A stretch of 60,530 nt of DNA from the IMG/VR virus record IMGVR_UViG_3300042938_000567, positions 1 through 60,530 of that record, one strand, 5' to 3'. The notes under the pieces were generated by a model. It saw nothing but the letters and a program-made list of their open reading frames with translations, was not told the DNA's origin and did not search any database. Positions 19,740 to 28,559 of this stretch are shown one piece after another. Numbering within the stretch: the stretch's first letter is position 1; every line of letters starts with the position of its first letter. The translations under genes and the position numbers were made by a program. The stretch comes from a virus. Lineage: Duplodnaviria > Caudoviricetes.

Positions 19740-20848
19740 AACACCGATATCATATTTTAGGGCTTCCTCACACAGTCTCATCTAAACAATTTAACGCCTG
19801 TGCTTATACACAGAAAGTAGTTAAATTCGGAAAAATGATGACCGAACGTGGGCATGAAGTAATCCACTACGGGCATGAAGACTCTGACCTACCATGCACT
19901 GAACACGTTACTGTATTAACCAATGATGACTTTAAAAAATCCTATGGTAGCCATGACTGGCGTAAGACATTTTTTAAGTTTGATACTGGTGATCATGCTT
20001 ATCAAACCTTCTACAAAAACGCTATTAAAGAAGTAGGTAAGCGCAAACAAAAACATGACTTTATTCTCCCCTTCTGGGGAAGTGGAGTCAGACCGATATG
20101 CGATGCCCACCAAGATATGATCGTAGTTGAGCCGGGCATTGGATATGCTGGAGGTCACTGGGCTAGATTTAAAGTGTTTGAATCCTATGCCATCTACCAT
20201 GCTTATGCTGGTATGCAAGGTGTAGGTTCCTGTAGACAAGACTGGTATGAAGTAGTCATACCCAACTATTTTGATATTGATGATTTCGATTATAACGAGA
20301 AAAAAGAGGATTACTATCTTTACCTTGGTCGGGTATATTCTGGTAAGGGAGTGGAAGTTGCTATTCAAGCGACTGAAATCCTCGGTAAAAAGCTAGTCAT
20401 AGCTGGGCAAAAAGAGGAAGGTTACGAATTACCTAAACACGTTGAGTATGTAGGGTACGCAGACGTTAATATGAGGAAGAAGTTAATGTCTAACGCGACT
20501 GCTTCTTTCATTCCTTCGATGTATGTAGAACCCTTCGGTGGTGTCCAAGTAGAGAACTTACTATCTGGTACTCCTACCCTAACTACAGACTGGGGATGCT
20601 TCGCAGAAAACAACCCACATGGGATCACAGGATACCGATGCAGGACTATGGGGGATTTCATAGATGCCATGCACAACATCAAGAAGATCAGACCAGCGGA
20701 CTGCCTAGCCTTCGGTAAAAACTTCACCTTAGATAAGGTAGCACCAATGTACGAGAAGTACTTCAATGACATCCTTGATATCTACACGGGTCGGGGATGG
20801 TACGCAGACGGAAACGGACTTAACTCACTCTACAAATACTATCCATGA
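19736..20848 (+). CDS. Glycosyltransferase (GT-B, GT4-like)
   Basis: YLGRVYSGKG, EPFGGVQVENLLSGTP, GITGY. Confidence 0.85.
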   Translation: MKHRYHILGLPHTVSSKQFNACAYTQKVVKFGKMMTERGHEVIHYGHEDSDLPCTEHVTVLTNDDFKKSYGSHDWRKTFFKFDTGDHAYQTFYKNAIKEVGKRKQKHDFILPFWGSGVRPICDAHQDMIVVEPGIGYAGGHWARFKVFESYAIYHAYAGMQGVGSCRQDWYEVVIPNYFDIDDFDYNEKKEDYYLYLGRVYSGKGVEVAIQATEILGKKLVIAGQKEEGYELPKHVEYVGYADVNMRKKLMSNATASFIPSMYVEPFGGVQVENLLSGTPTLTTDWGCFAENNPHGITGYRCRTMGDFIDAMHNIKKIRPADCLAFGKNFTLDKVAPMYEKYFNDILDIYTGRGWYADGNGLNSLYKYYP

Positions 20849-21387
20849 GCTTTGAATCTGAATACTGGGGAGACTGCTGTAATACCTTCGACGAGGATCA
20901 GAAACACTACGTCTATGCCCAGTACATGGGAATAATGACAGTAGGGTATTCGTTCTCTATGTCAGGGAAGTCGGTAGTAGACATAGGGGGAGGGCCAACT
21001 TCGATGTTACTTAAAACAACTAACCTAGGAAAAGGGTTGGTTGTCGATCCGCTACTATATCCACAATGGACTTACGCTAGGTACGATGCTAAGAAAATAG
21101 ATTGCTTAGTCATCAGAGGGGAAGATTTTATCGGTAACGATAAATTCGACGAAGCGTGGATTTACAATTGCCTCCAACACACAGACGACCCAGAGCTAAT
21201 AATCCAAAACGCAAAACGCGCAGCTAAGATAGTCAGACTCTTTGAATGGGTAGACATCCCACCCCACGAAGGTCATCCCATAGAACTCACAAAAGAAAAC
21301 CTAGACCAATGGTTAGGTAAGGAAGGCAGTACAACCCAACTAGCAAGAGCAGGCTGCTACGGAAAAGCCTACTACAATATAGTATGA
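20845..21387 (+). CDS. Class I SAM-dependent methyltransferase-like protein
   Basis: VVDIGGGP..VDP..FD....NCLQHTDDP. Confidence 0.75.
   Translation: MSFESEYWGDCCNTFDEDQKHYVYAQYMGIMTVGYSFSMSGKSVVDIGGGPTSMLLKTTNLGKGLVVDPLLYPQWTYARYDAKKIDCLVIRGEDFIGNDKFDEAWIYNCLQHTDDPELIIQNAKRAAKIVRLFEWVDIPPHEGHPIELTKENLDQWLGKEGSTTQLARAGCYGKAYYNIV
21128..21143. promoter_or_regulatory. TTATCG-N4-CGATAA palindrome (intragenic)
   Basis: TTATCGGTAACGATAA. Confidence 0.8.
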
Positions 21388-21773
21388 ACTGGGACGAATA
21401 CGCTATGAGTATAGCTGAGGTAGTAGCTAAGAAAAGCAAAGACCCGTGGAGACAAGTCGGGGCAGTCATACTCAGAGAAGACAATTCAATAGCCTCAGTA
21501 GGCTACAACGGATTCCCCCAAGGTATAGAAGAAGACTGGTCAGACAGAGATGAAAGAAGAAAGTACGTCATCCACGCAGAACAGAACGCCCTCAGATACA
21601 CCCAACCCGGCGAAGGAAAGACACTCTGCTCCACATTACTACCATGCTCAGACTGCTTAAAGACCCTAGTAGCCTATAAGATAAAAAGAGTTATCTACAA
21701 AGATATCTACCAAACAGACCCCACCGCCCTAGTCACAGCAGAAAAAATGGGAGTCACCCTAATCCAATTATGA
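21384..21773 (+). CDS. dCMP deaminase
   Basis: SKDP..QVGAVI..GYNG, HAEQNAL, PCSDC. Confidence 0.9.
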   Translation: MNWDEYAMSIAEVVAKKSKDPWRQVGAVILREDNSIASVGYNGFPQGIEEDWSDRDERRKYVIHAEQNALRYTQPGEGKTLCSTLLPCSDCLKTLVAYKIKRVIYKDIYQTDPTALVTAEKMGVTLIQL

Positions 21774-21825
21774 TCTACCTACTCCTACTACTAGACTCCA
21801 TCCTCATATACAAAGCATTCAAAAA

Positions 21826-22005
21826 ATGAAACACAATAAACTCAACCTAGAACAAAACGTATCCCCAAATGACGCTCGAGCTGGATACAAAACTGTCACC
21901 AATGGAGAAGATGTCAAAAAAGCCTGTAACAAATTCCTAGAATCCCGTGGCATCAAACTAACCTCCTTCTTCCAAAAGAACAAGAAATGTCCTACCAAAC
22001 CCTAG
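21826..22005 (+). CDS. Hypothetical 59-aa protein
   Basis: Translated by hand; ATGA-coupled. Confidence 0.45.
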   Translation: MKHNKLNLEQNVSPNDARAGYKTVTNGEDVKKACNKFLESRGIKLTSFFQKNKKCPTKP

Positions 22006-22883
22006 CCCTACTCCTAGCTTGGTTAACCCTAGTAGTCTGCCTCCTCCTAGAGAACAAATACAGATGATACTACTAACCCTATTCATAGCCTACCTACTCT
22101 ATCTCATGTACACCACCAATCATGATCTAGATGGTTACTAGCAAATAAAGGGATGGTTACATCCCAGTATTGACAGGGTATTTTAGGGGTTTGTGTAGAT
22201 AAAGAGGAGTTTCTGGATTTGGGAGGCTCGCGAGTTTGGGCTGTGTGGGGAGTCCACCCATGCCCTCAGTCTCCAGCCACAAAGAGATTCCTTTAAATGC
22301 TAGGCCACGCTGCACCTAGTTTGATCTGCCCCCTCTCGCTGTCCCGCCTGCTTAGTTTGATTATGTCCCGCCTGATCTTGGCGTGGAATAATCTTTGCCG
22401 ATAGTGTCCGGGCTGTCGCGTGATTGGCTGGCTGGCTGGCTGGCTTATCGTGTCGCATCGAATGTGGCGAGATCGTGACAATGTGAGGCATGAGAGAATA
22501 GGGTGCGAGATTTGCAGAAATAGGCATTTGCTATTTAGTGCAGCGATGCCGTGATTTTGGCTCATGTTGTAAAAAAGGCTACTTTGCTGTATATAGCGAG
22601 ACCGAGCCAGAAAAACATCGCGCTAGAATGGCGCTGGTGACCTTTGTTTGAGTGGAGCTGTGTATTGTCATTGCCTGATTTCGCTCTTATATTCATATAT
22701 CGGTCTATAGCGATATATCGTTGGAACATGACATATCATAATATTCGAATATGTGAATACGTTACTTTGCTTGCTATGTTTCCCCGTGTTTTTTGTATGG
22801 CATGATATGTGCTAATACTTTTCTATTTACAAGCTGGCATAGTTCCTGCTTATGGGGGCTTAAAATAAAACAACATTTGGGTG

Positions 22884-22911
22884 TTGACATATTCAATACT
22901 TAGTGTATTCT
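22884..22911 (+). promoter_or_regulatory. Strong sigma70-like early promoter
   Basis: A-rich UP-like tract, then TTGACA-N16-TATTCT; followed by a long hairpin and boxA-like TGATCTTTGAA at 22971. Confidence 0.7.
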
Positions 22912-23067
22912 CTCTCTCGTGATGTTCGTTGAGTGGCTCTGAATGAGCCTTAGCGGACAACTTCACAAATTGATCTTTGAAGAAAAAAACTTTTGCACCT
23001 GTCTTTTGATAGGATGCGAACCAATCCAAACCTTGACGCTTTCGAGCGTCTCACATTAGAAAATCAC

Positions 23068-23196
23068 ATGACAATCATCAATCACATCCTATCCCTTCCT
23101 GTGTCAGATGACACAATAAACCTTGCTCTAATATGCGCGGCTCTCGTAGTCGTGCGCGTTGGGCTTTCCATCGTTCTTCACAATCTTTCCCGCTAA
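23068..23196 (+). CDS. Small hydrophobic early protein
   Basis: 42 aa with one predicted TM segment. Confidence 0.45.
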   Translation: MTIINHILSLPVSDDTINLALICAALVVVRVGLSIVLHNLSR

Positions 23197-23198
23197 TT

Positions 23199-23540
23199 AT
23201 GACAACAACAAATAACATCACCCTTGGTTCAGTAATTCATGGCACACATCGAAGTGAAGATTTGCTCAGTGCATTCCTGTTTGCCTTAGAAGATATTAAA
23301 TCTCCCGCTGCCGCGAGATACAATGCAGAGCTTATTGAGCTTGGTTTTGGTCATTCAATGTGCGGGGTTTGCGGGATGGGAAATCGTGAGGAATGGCCAG
23401 AGGGGTTTGATGAGCATATAGCGCAGGAAATCATCTCTGAAATGATGGACGCTTTAAATGATCATGCGCCGGATGGCTATTATTTCGGTGTTCATCTCGG
23501 CGATGGTTCGGACTTTGGATTCTGGAAATGTGAAGAGTAA
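23199..23540 (+). CDS. Acidic early phage protein
   Basis: GSVIHGT.R.EDL...LNDHAPDGYYFG...GDGSDFGFW pattern typical of phage early genes. Confidence 0.65.
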   Translation: MTTTNNITLGSVIHGTHRSEDLLSAFLFALEDIKSPAAARYNAELIELGFGHSMCGVCGMGNREEWPEGFDEHIAQEIISEMMDALNDHAPDGYYFGVHLGDGSDFGFWKCEE

Positions 23541-23542
23541 AA

Positions 23543-23600
23543 TCGAAACGGGTTCGCCCGTCTTTGCACCTTGGCAAGTGCAGACTGAAGAGAAAGCCAA
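23543..23600 (+). ncRNA. Hammerhead ribozyme, type II with pseudoknot
   Basis: TC-GAAA-CGGG(TTCG)CCCG-TC^-TTTGCAC(CTTGGCAA)GTGCAGA-CTGAAGA-GA; loop TTGGC pairs with GCCAA at 23596-23600. Confidence 0.88.
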
Positions 23601-23623
23601 AAACTAACTAGAATAATACGAAA

Positions 23624-23989
23624 ATGAAAATGACACTTAATACCTACCAAATAGCAGATGAGTTGAAGCGCGACACTTGCGCCCGCTGGTCTTACAATGG
23701 CTCACTTGCCCTTGCGGAATACCTTGAGGAATATGAGGCCGATAGTGGAGAGGAAATGGAGCTGGACACTTGCGCGATTCGTTGCGACTTCTCCGAACAT
23801 TCCTCCCTCTTAGAATGGGCGCGGGAACATTTCGGCACTACGAACATGGTCGGGGAGTTTTCCATTGAATCAAGTGAAGATGAAGAGGACGTTGACCCCG
23901 AAGGAACGGACGCTAAGATCAAAGCATACATTCAAGACCACGGGACACTCATTGAGTTTGAAGGCGGAGTTATCGTTTCATCGTTTTAA
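23624..23989 (+). CDS. Highly acidic early protein
   Basis: SYNGSLALAEYLEEYE..GEEMELD..AIRCDFSE; strongly D/E-rich. Confidence 0.7.
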   Translation: MKMTLNTYQIADELKRDTCARWSYNGSLALAEYLEEYEADSGEEMELDTCAIRCDFSEHSSLLEWAREHFGTTNMVGEFSIESSEDEEDVDPEGTDAKIKAYIQDHGTLIEFEGGVIVSSF

Positions 23990-23993
23990 TCCT

Positions 23994-24104
23994 ATGACTA
24001 CCTTCGACAAAATAGCTGTCTTCTCAATCTTCGCTGTCTTTGCTTATGGGATGTTTTCCCTATTCGTTGCCTTCTCAAAATATGTGGAAAGGTTCGGACT
24101 ATGA
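23994..24104 (+). CDS. Small membrane peptide
   Basis: 36 aa, hydrophobic. Confidence 0.45.
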   Translation: MTTFDKIAVFSIFAVFAYGMFSLFVAFSKYVERFGL

Positions 24105-24295
24105 AAAAGCTCTCCAAAGAATATTATTGGGAACTCGCGCAGTTTTGCATGGATTATCACGGCGGCCAATGGTCGCGGGGTTATCGGCTCATGTGTCGAT
24201 TGCGTCCCGCTAATTTCTCCTCCTCACTCTCTGAAGAGTTGAGAGAGTCCGAGGCTTATATGTGGCTTGTGGATAATTACGCGAGCAAAATCTAA
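24101..24295 (+). CDS. Hypothetical early protein
   Basis: DYHGGQWSRGY motif; ATGA-coupled. Confidence 0.6.
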   Translation: MKKLSKEYYWELAQFCMDYHGGQWSRGYRLMCRLRPANFSSSLSEELRESEAYMWLVDNYASKI

Positions 24296-24307
24296 TCCCT
24301 CCACATT

Positions 24308-24340
24308 GCGGGGCGGTTCTATCCCTCCCCGCTTTTCTTC
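24308..24340 (+). terminator. Intrinsic terminator of the early operon
   Basis: GCGGGG...CCCCGC followed by TTTTCTTC. Confidence 0.65.
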
Positions 24341-24419
24341 TTAATTGGCGATTCCTGCCCTTTTCAGCCCTTCACCTTATCATTCACCTTCCGATTCCTC
24401 CGCCGCACTTTGCGCGGTT

Positions 24420-24435
24420 TTATCGGTTCCGATAA
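24420..24435. promoter_or_regulatory. TTATCG-N4-CGATAA palindrome
   Basis: TTATCGGTTCCGATAA downstream of the TerS-like gene. Confidence 0.85.
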
Positions 24436-24467
24436 TCTTTCCCTCCACAACCCACTTTTCACTCATG

Positions 24468-25043
24468 TCACTCTGTATCCAATTTCGCGTTATTTTCCAA
24501 GCCCTCCACCGCATCGACATATTGCGTGGACACAATTTCGACTTTATCCGCTTTCGTCGGGCCGCTGACGTGCAGGGAAATCATCGCGTTTACAGATAAA
24601 CCTTTCTTATCGTGCATATTATTCTCATCCAATCCCAGCGCACGTGTCGCGATTTTCTCATATTCCGCAAGCACGTCCAGACGTTGCGCCTGATCTTTAA
24701 TGTTTCCCGATTTGTGTCTCGTCTCAATCTGCACCCTCTCCGCCGCAATCTCTCTCAGCATAAACGCATAATGGGCAATCGTTTCGCTTGCCATTGCGTC
24801 CTCCAACTTCGGAGCGACCACATTTGCCACTTCTTCCCTCAGCCGTTTCCGCTTGTCTATCCACTTACCTTTGACCATGCAGTTCTTCAAATAGAACTTA
24901 GACATGAGGCTAAACTCTGGCAGCTTCAAAATGTCACTCATCTCCGCTCCACCCATGAATAACGATTCAATCTTATCCATGTCCCACTTTTTACGCTGTC
25001 CACGGCCTAGCGTTTTCGCATCCAACTCTGGCGTTTTGTTCAT
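24468..25043 (-). CDS. Putative terminase small subunit (N-terminal HTH)
   Basis: WDMDKIESLFMGG....KGKWIDKR HTH-like start followed by a helical core. Confidence 0.5.
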   Translation of the reverse strand: MNKTPELDAKTLGRGQRKKWDMDKIESLFMGGAEMSDILKLPEFSLMSKFYLKNCMVKGKWIDKRKRLREEVANVVAPKLEDAMASETIAHYAFMLREIAAERVQIETRHKSGNIKDQAQRLDVLAEYEKIATRALGLDENNMHDKKGLSVNAMISLHVSGPTKADKVEIVSTQYVDAVEGLENNAKLDTE

Positions 25044-25115
25044 ACTTTACTATTGCCAAAATTCTGCCAGATTGTCAACAGATTTCCCTCCACAACACAA
25101 CAACACAACACAACA

Positions 25116-25343
25116 ATGAAAAATACAATGAGAACAATAGACAAAGCAATCATCGACCAAATACGCGGAACCGAAACACGCCACACCATCAGGCTTACAA
25201 ATTGCCTAGATGGTTATGAGACTTGCATCCTGTTAGATCAGGAATGCGGGGATATGTGCATTATCCAATCCTATGATAACAAGATAACGACCACGCACAT
25301 TGATGAAAACGAAGTTGCAGCCCTTAAATCTGTCCTACTATGA
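25116..25343 (+). CDS. Hypothetical protein
   Basis: ORF after a CAA-rich leader. Confidence 0.5.
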   Translation: MKNTMRTIDKAIIDQIRGTETRHTIRLTNCLDGYETCILLDQECGDMCIIQSYDNKITTTHIDENEVAALKSVLL

Positions 25344-25591
25344 GCTACACAATGACAAGACAAGATAAGTTAAGAGCAAAAGAACTAGACTTAATTAACA
25401 AATGCACTGCTGACCCAAGATCGGATTATTCTATCAAAGTAATACGGCATCGTGGAATGGGATCAAGCACAGTTCTGATAAAAGATAAAACTCAAGATAC
25501 TATTACGATAATTCAGAGAACAACTTCTAAAGTTTCATTAACATTTCTGCGTCTGAAAGATGATGAAATTATTTCACTATTAACCGAATAA
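25340..25591 (+). CDS. Hypothetical protein
   Basis: 83 aa, ATGA-coupled. Confidence 0.5.
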   Translation: MSYTMTRQDKLRAKELDLINKCTADPRSDYSIKVIRHRGMGSSTVLIKDKTQDTITIIQRTTSKVSLTFLRLKDDEIISLLTE

Positions 25592-25919
25592 AATACAATG
25601 AGCTACACCGAAAAAAACCAAGCAACGTGCCTCCCGCCAGAAGCCTACATCCGACTCTGGCAGAAAGCTGAAAAGACAACCGAGATGCCAAAGTTTCGGT
25701 CAACCGTCTACCCAGATAAGAAGATAACCTCTATTAAATTCGAGAAATGAGAACACATACCTTACACAAGCAGAAGCCGTTCAGAGTTAAGAATACTTAC
25801 CTCGCTGATCCAGTTCGTAGAGAGATTGTCGATGCCCTGCAAGCGGTTGTCGATACATTCGGGGATTCTGATTCTCTCCTAGCCCTCCAATGCAGGTCAG
25901 CCCTACTTAAAGCGAAACA

Positions 25920-27542
25920 ATGAACGTCCACGATCTACTGGCAACGGTTGAATGGTCACATCCCATTCAACTAAATACGAAAAGAGGGGTCAGACTCCTC
26001 CGCAAAGCTCCCATTGAGGATGCTTTCTGGAAGGTCTACAAGATCGACCGAGAGCTATTCAAAGAGCAACTGGCAGCGGCTGGCATCTCTATGGGTAAAT
26101 TCAGAGACGAGTGGGCGTTGTCTTGGTGGTCAGATGAAAACCTCAAGTTCAAGTCCGTAATCGGTTCCGATAATGTTGAGGAGAAAGTTGAAGAACTTAA
26201 TCTAATCCCTCTGCTGCATCCCGAAAATCTCTTTGAATACCAGCAAACCTCTGTTCAGATGGGGGTGGCTAGTATGGCTAAATACAACCGAGTCCTGCTT
26301 GGACATTCCACGGGTGTAGGAAAGACCTTCTGTGCTTTAGGTATTGCTAGAGAGTTGGGTAAACGGGTCGCGGTGATCTGTCCATTAGCTGTTGTTACCT
26401 CATGGCACAGGGCAGCAAAAATGATGAATGTTGAGGTTTACGAAGCCGTTGGTTGGGAATTTTGCAAAACTGGAAAATCAAAAATTGGAAAATGGACTTG
26501 CGAATCTAAAAAGAGATTTGAATACCAACTTCCAGATGATGTCATTCTTATATTTGACGAAGCCCACAGAGGCAAAGCTCCGGGAACTTCTCAAAATTCT
26601 TTTTTGATTAGAGATAGCGTCATGCAAAATATTCAAGCTATGGCATTGAGCGCAACCATTGCGGATTCTCCAGAAAAACTTTGGGCCTTAGGTCAATTCC
26701 TTGGATTGCATCAAGGTGGAAAGGATTATTTTAGATTTCTATCTGCAAACGGTTGCAGAAAGACAAGATTTGGATTTCAGTTTCAAGGTGGAAGCGCAAT
26801 ACTTAAACGACTTCATCATAAGATTTATCCAGAAAGAGGAAATCGTTTAAGACATAGTGATTTGGGAGATGCCTTTCCAGAAACACTTATTCACGCAAGA
26901 GCTTTTGATATGGAAAATGCCCGTGCCATTGCATCAGAATATGATGAATTGTGCAATAGGGTAGAGGAACTTAGAATGGCAGAGAATTTTAGCGCGAACG
27001 TGTTAGCCGAACAAACGCGAGCGAGGCAAAAAATTGAGCTTTTAAAGGCTCCTGTAATAGCTTCACTAGCTAAAGATTATATTGAAGAAGGAAATAGCAT
27101 TTTTATTGCGGTATCATTTCGTGAAACTATGCAGTTTTTAATGAAAGAACTTAATACAGATGCTGTCATTTGTGGGGGTCAATCAAAAATGGAAAGGCAA
27201 GGAGCAATAGATTCTTTTCAAAGAGATGCAACGCGAGTAATTATAGGAATATCAGCAGCTTGTAGGGAAGGTATTTCATTGCATGATTTAAACGGGAAAC
27301 ACCCTAGAGTTGCGTTAATATTTCCTCAACCATCAGCATACGATTTAAAACAAGTATTGGGTCGCGTTCACCGTGCTGGTGGAACAACAAAAAGTCTTCA
27401 ATACATAATATATGCAGCGGGTGTTGCCATTGAAGAAAATACCTGCAATTCCCTTGATAGAAAATTAAAAAACATGGATTTGATTGCAGATGGGGAGATA
27501 GACCCATCAATTTCATTATCTACCATAAAAAATATCTTGTAA
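25920..27542 (+). CDS. Superfamily 2 DNA helicase
   Basis: STGVGKT, FDEAH, LSAT, QVLGRVHR. Confidence 0.9.
   Translation: MNVHDLLATVEWSHPIQLNTKRGVRLLRKAPIEDAFWKVYKIDRELFKEQLAAAGISMGKFRDEWALSWWSDENLKFKSVIGSDNVEEKVEELNLIPLLHPENLFEYQQTSVQMGVASMAKYNRVLLGHSTGVGKTFCALGIARELGKRVAVICPLAVVTSWHRAAKMMNVEVYEAVGWEFCKTGKSKIGKWTCESKKRFEYQLPDDVILIFDEAHRGKAPGTSQNSFLIRDSVMQNIQAMALSATIADSPEKLWALGQFLGLHQGGKDYFRFLSANGCRKTRFGFQFQGGSAILKRLHHKIYPERGNRLRHSDLGDAFPETLIHARAFDMENARAIASEYDELCNRVEELRMAENFSANVLAEQTRARQKIELLKAPVIASLAKDYIEEGNSIFIAVSFRETMQFLMKELNTDAVICGGQSKMERQGAIDSFQRDATRVIIGISAACREGISLHDLNGKHPRVALIFPQPSAYDLKQVLGRVHRAGGTTKSLQYIIYAAGVAIEENTCNSLDRKLKNMDLIADGEIDPSISLSTIKNIL
26158..26173. promoter_or_regulatory. 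Palindrome variant, 1 mismatch (intragenic)
   Basis: TAATCGGTTCCGATAA. Confidence 0.65.
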
Positions 27543-27573
27543 TATGCCCAAAGCATATTAGATTTTATATGAC

Positions 27574-28500
27574 ATGAAACTAAAGCGAGGCACAGAAAGA
27601 GAAGATGGAATGATCTTTTGGAACTATGATAGTAAAGCATTAAATGGAGAATATTGGGTTTCAAAAGAAAGATTTGCACATTTACAACTATGCAAAAAGA
27701 AAAGATTAAAATCAAAGATAGAATTATTTAATCAAAAAACACAGAAACTTGTTAGAGGAGCAATGCGTGAAGATGGAATGATCTTTTGGGGATACCACCC
27801 AGATTGTAAGTTTGGTGAAAAGTGGATGTCAGAATATGACTTTAATAAAAAGAAATTAGATAAACAGAATAAAATATTAAAAGCTAAAGAATTAAATGGA
27901 GTATTGAAACGCGGAGACACAAGAGATGATGGTATGATTTTTTTGTGTTATTCTCCAAGTAACGCGACTGCAGAAAGGTGGGTTACAAAAAAAGCATTTG
28001 AGAATCTAAAAATAAAACAAAAAGTCGCATCTAAAAAATTTTATTGGAAGAATCCAGAGAACGGTAAAAGGCAAACAAGAAAATGGAGACTCAATAATCT
28101 TAATGCTGGAAAAGAATATTTTCAGAAAAATAAAAAAGAAATTTATGATGCCAGAAATAAACGGATAAAAGGCAATCCATTATTAGCTTTAAGAATGAAT
28201 ATTCATAACAACATTAAAAATTCCATATCAAAACTATCTTATACAAAAAATACAAAGACAGCACAAATTCTTGGTTGTTCATTTGAAGAATTGAAGGTTC
28301 ATATTGAATCTCAATTCAAAGAAGGGATGTCATGGGAAAATCGCAATCTTTGGCATATCGACCATATCATGCCAGTTTCAATGGCTAAAACATACGACGA
28401 AGTTGTTAGGTTGAATCACTACAGAAACCTTCGTCCGCTTTGGGCGCATGAGAACCTTGCTAAATCAGACAAGACTCCAGATACACTTGTTTTATTCTAG
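27574..28500 (+). CDS. HNH endonuclease with three N-terminal repeats
   Basis: 3x L.RG..R(E/D)DGMIF..Y.....E.W(V/M); C-terminal ILGCS..GMSWEN..WHIDHIMP..NHYRNLRPLWAHENLAKSD. Confidence 0.85.
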   Translation: MKLKRGTEREDGMIFWNYDSKALNGEYWVSKERFAHLQLCKKKRLKSKIELFNQKTQKLVRGAMREDGMIFWGYHPDCKFGEKWMSEYDFNKKKLDKQNKILKAKELNGVLKRGDTRDDGMIFLCYSPSNATAERWVTKKAFENLKIKQKVASKKFYWKNPENGKRQTRKWRLNNLNAGKEYFQKNKKEIYDARNKRIKGNPLLALRMNIHNNIKNSISKLSYTKNTKTAQILGCSFEELKVHIESQFKEGMSWENRNLWHIDHIMPVSMAKTYDEVVRLNHYRNLRPLWAHENLAKSDKTPDTLVLF

Positions 28501-28510
28501 TCTAAAAAGC

Positions 28511-28549
28511 AAAAGGCCCACCAAGGATCAATCCAAGGTGGGCTTTTTG
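28511..28549. terminator. Bidirectional terminator
   Basis: AAAAGGCCCACC...GGTGGGCTTTTT between convergent genes. Confidence 0.75.
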
Positions 28550-28559
28550 TTTCTATCTA

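Noticed and set aside
18961-19760. Group I intron around the HNH gene
   Set aside because: Only about 40 nt of non-coding sequence, no room for P3-P7 core elements, and the downstream gene has its own start
22293-22565. ORFs in the putative terminal non-coding region
   Set aside because: Derived from low-complexity repeats, with no coding signal
25053-25069. Third GG-N10-GC site upstream of the TerS-like gene
   Set aside because: Overlaps the spacer of a TTGACA promoter-like site and may be chance; not called
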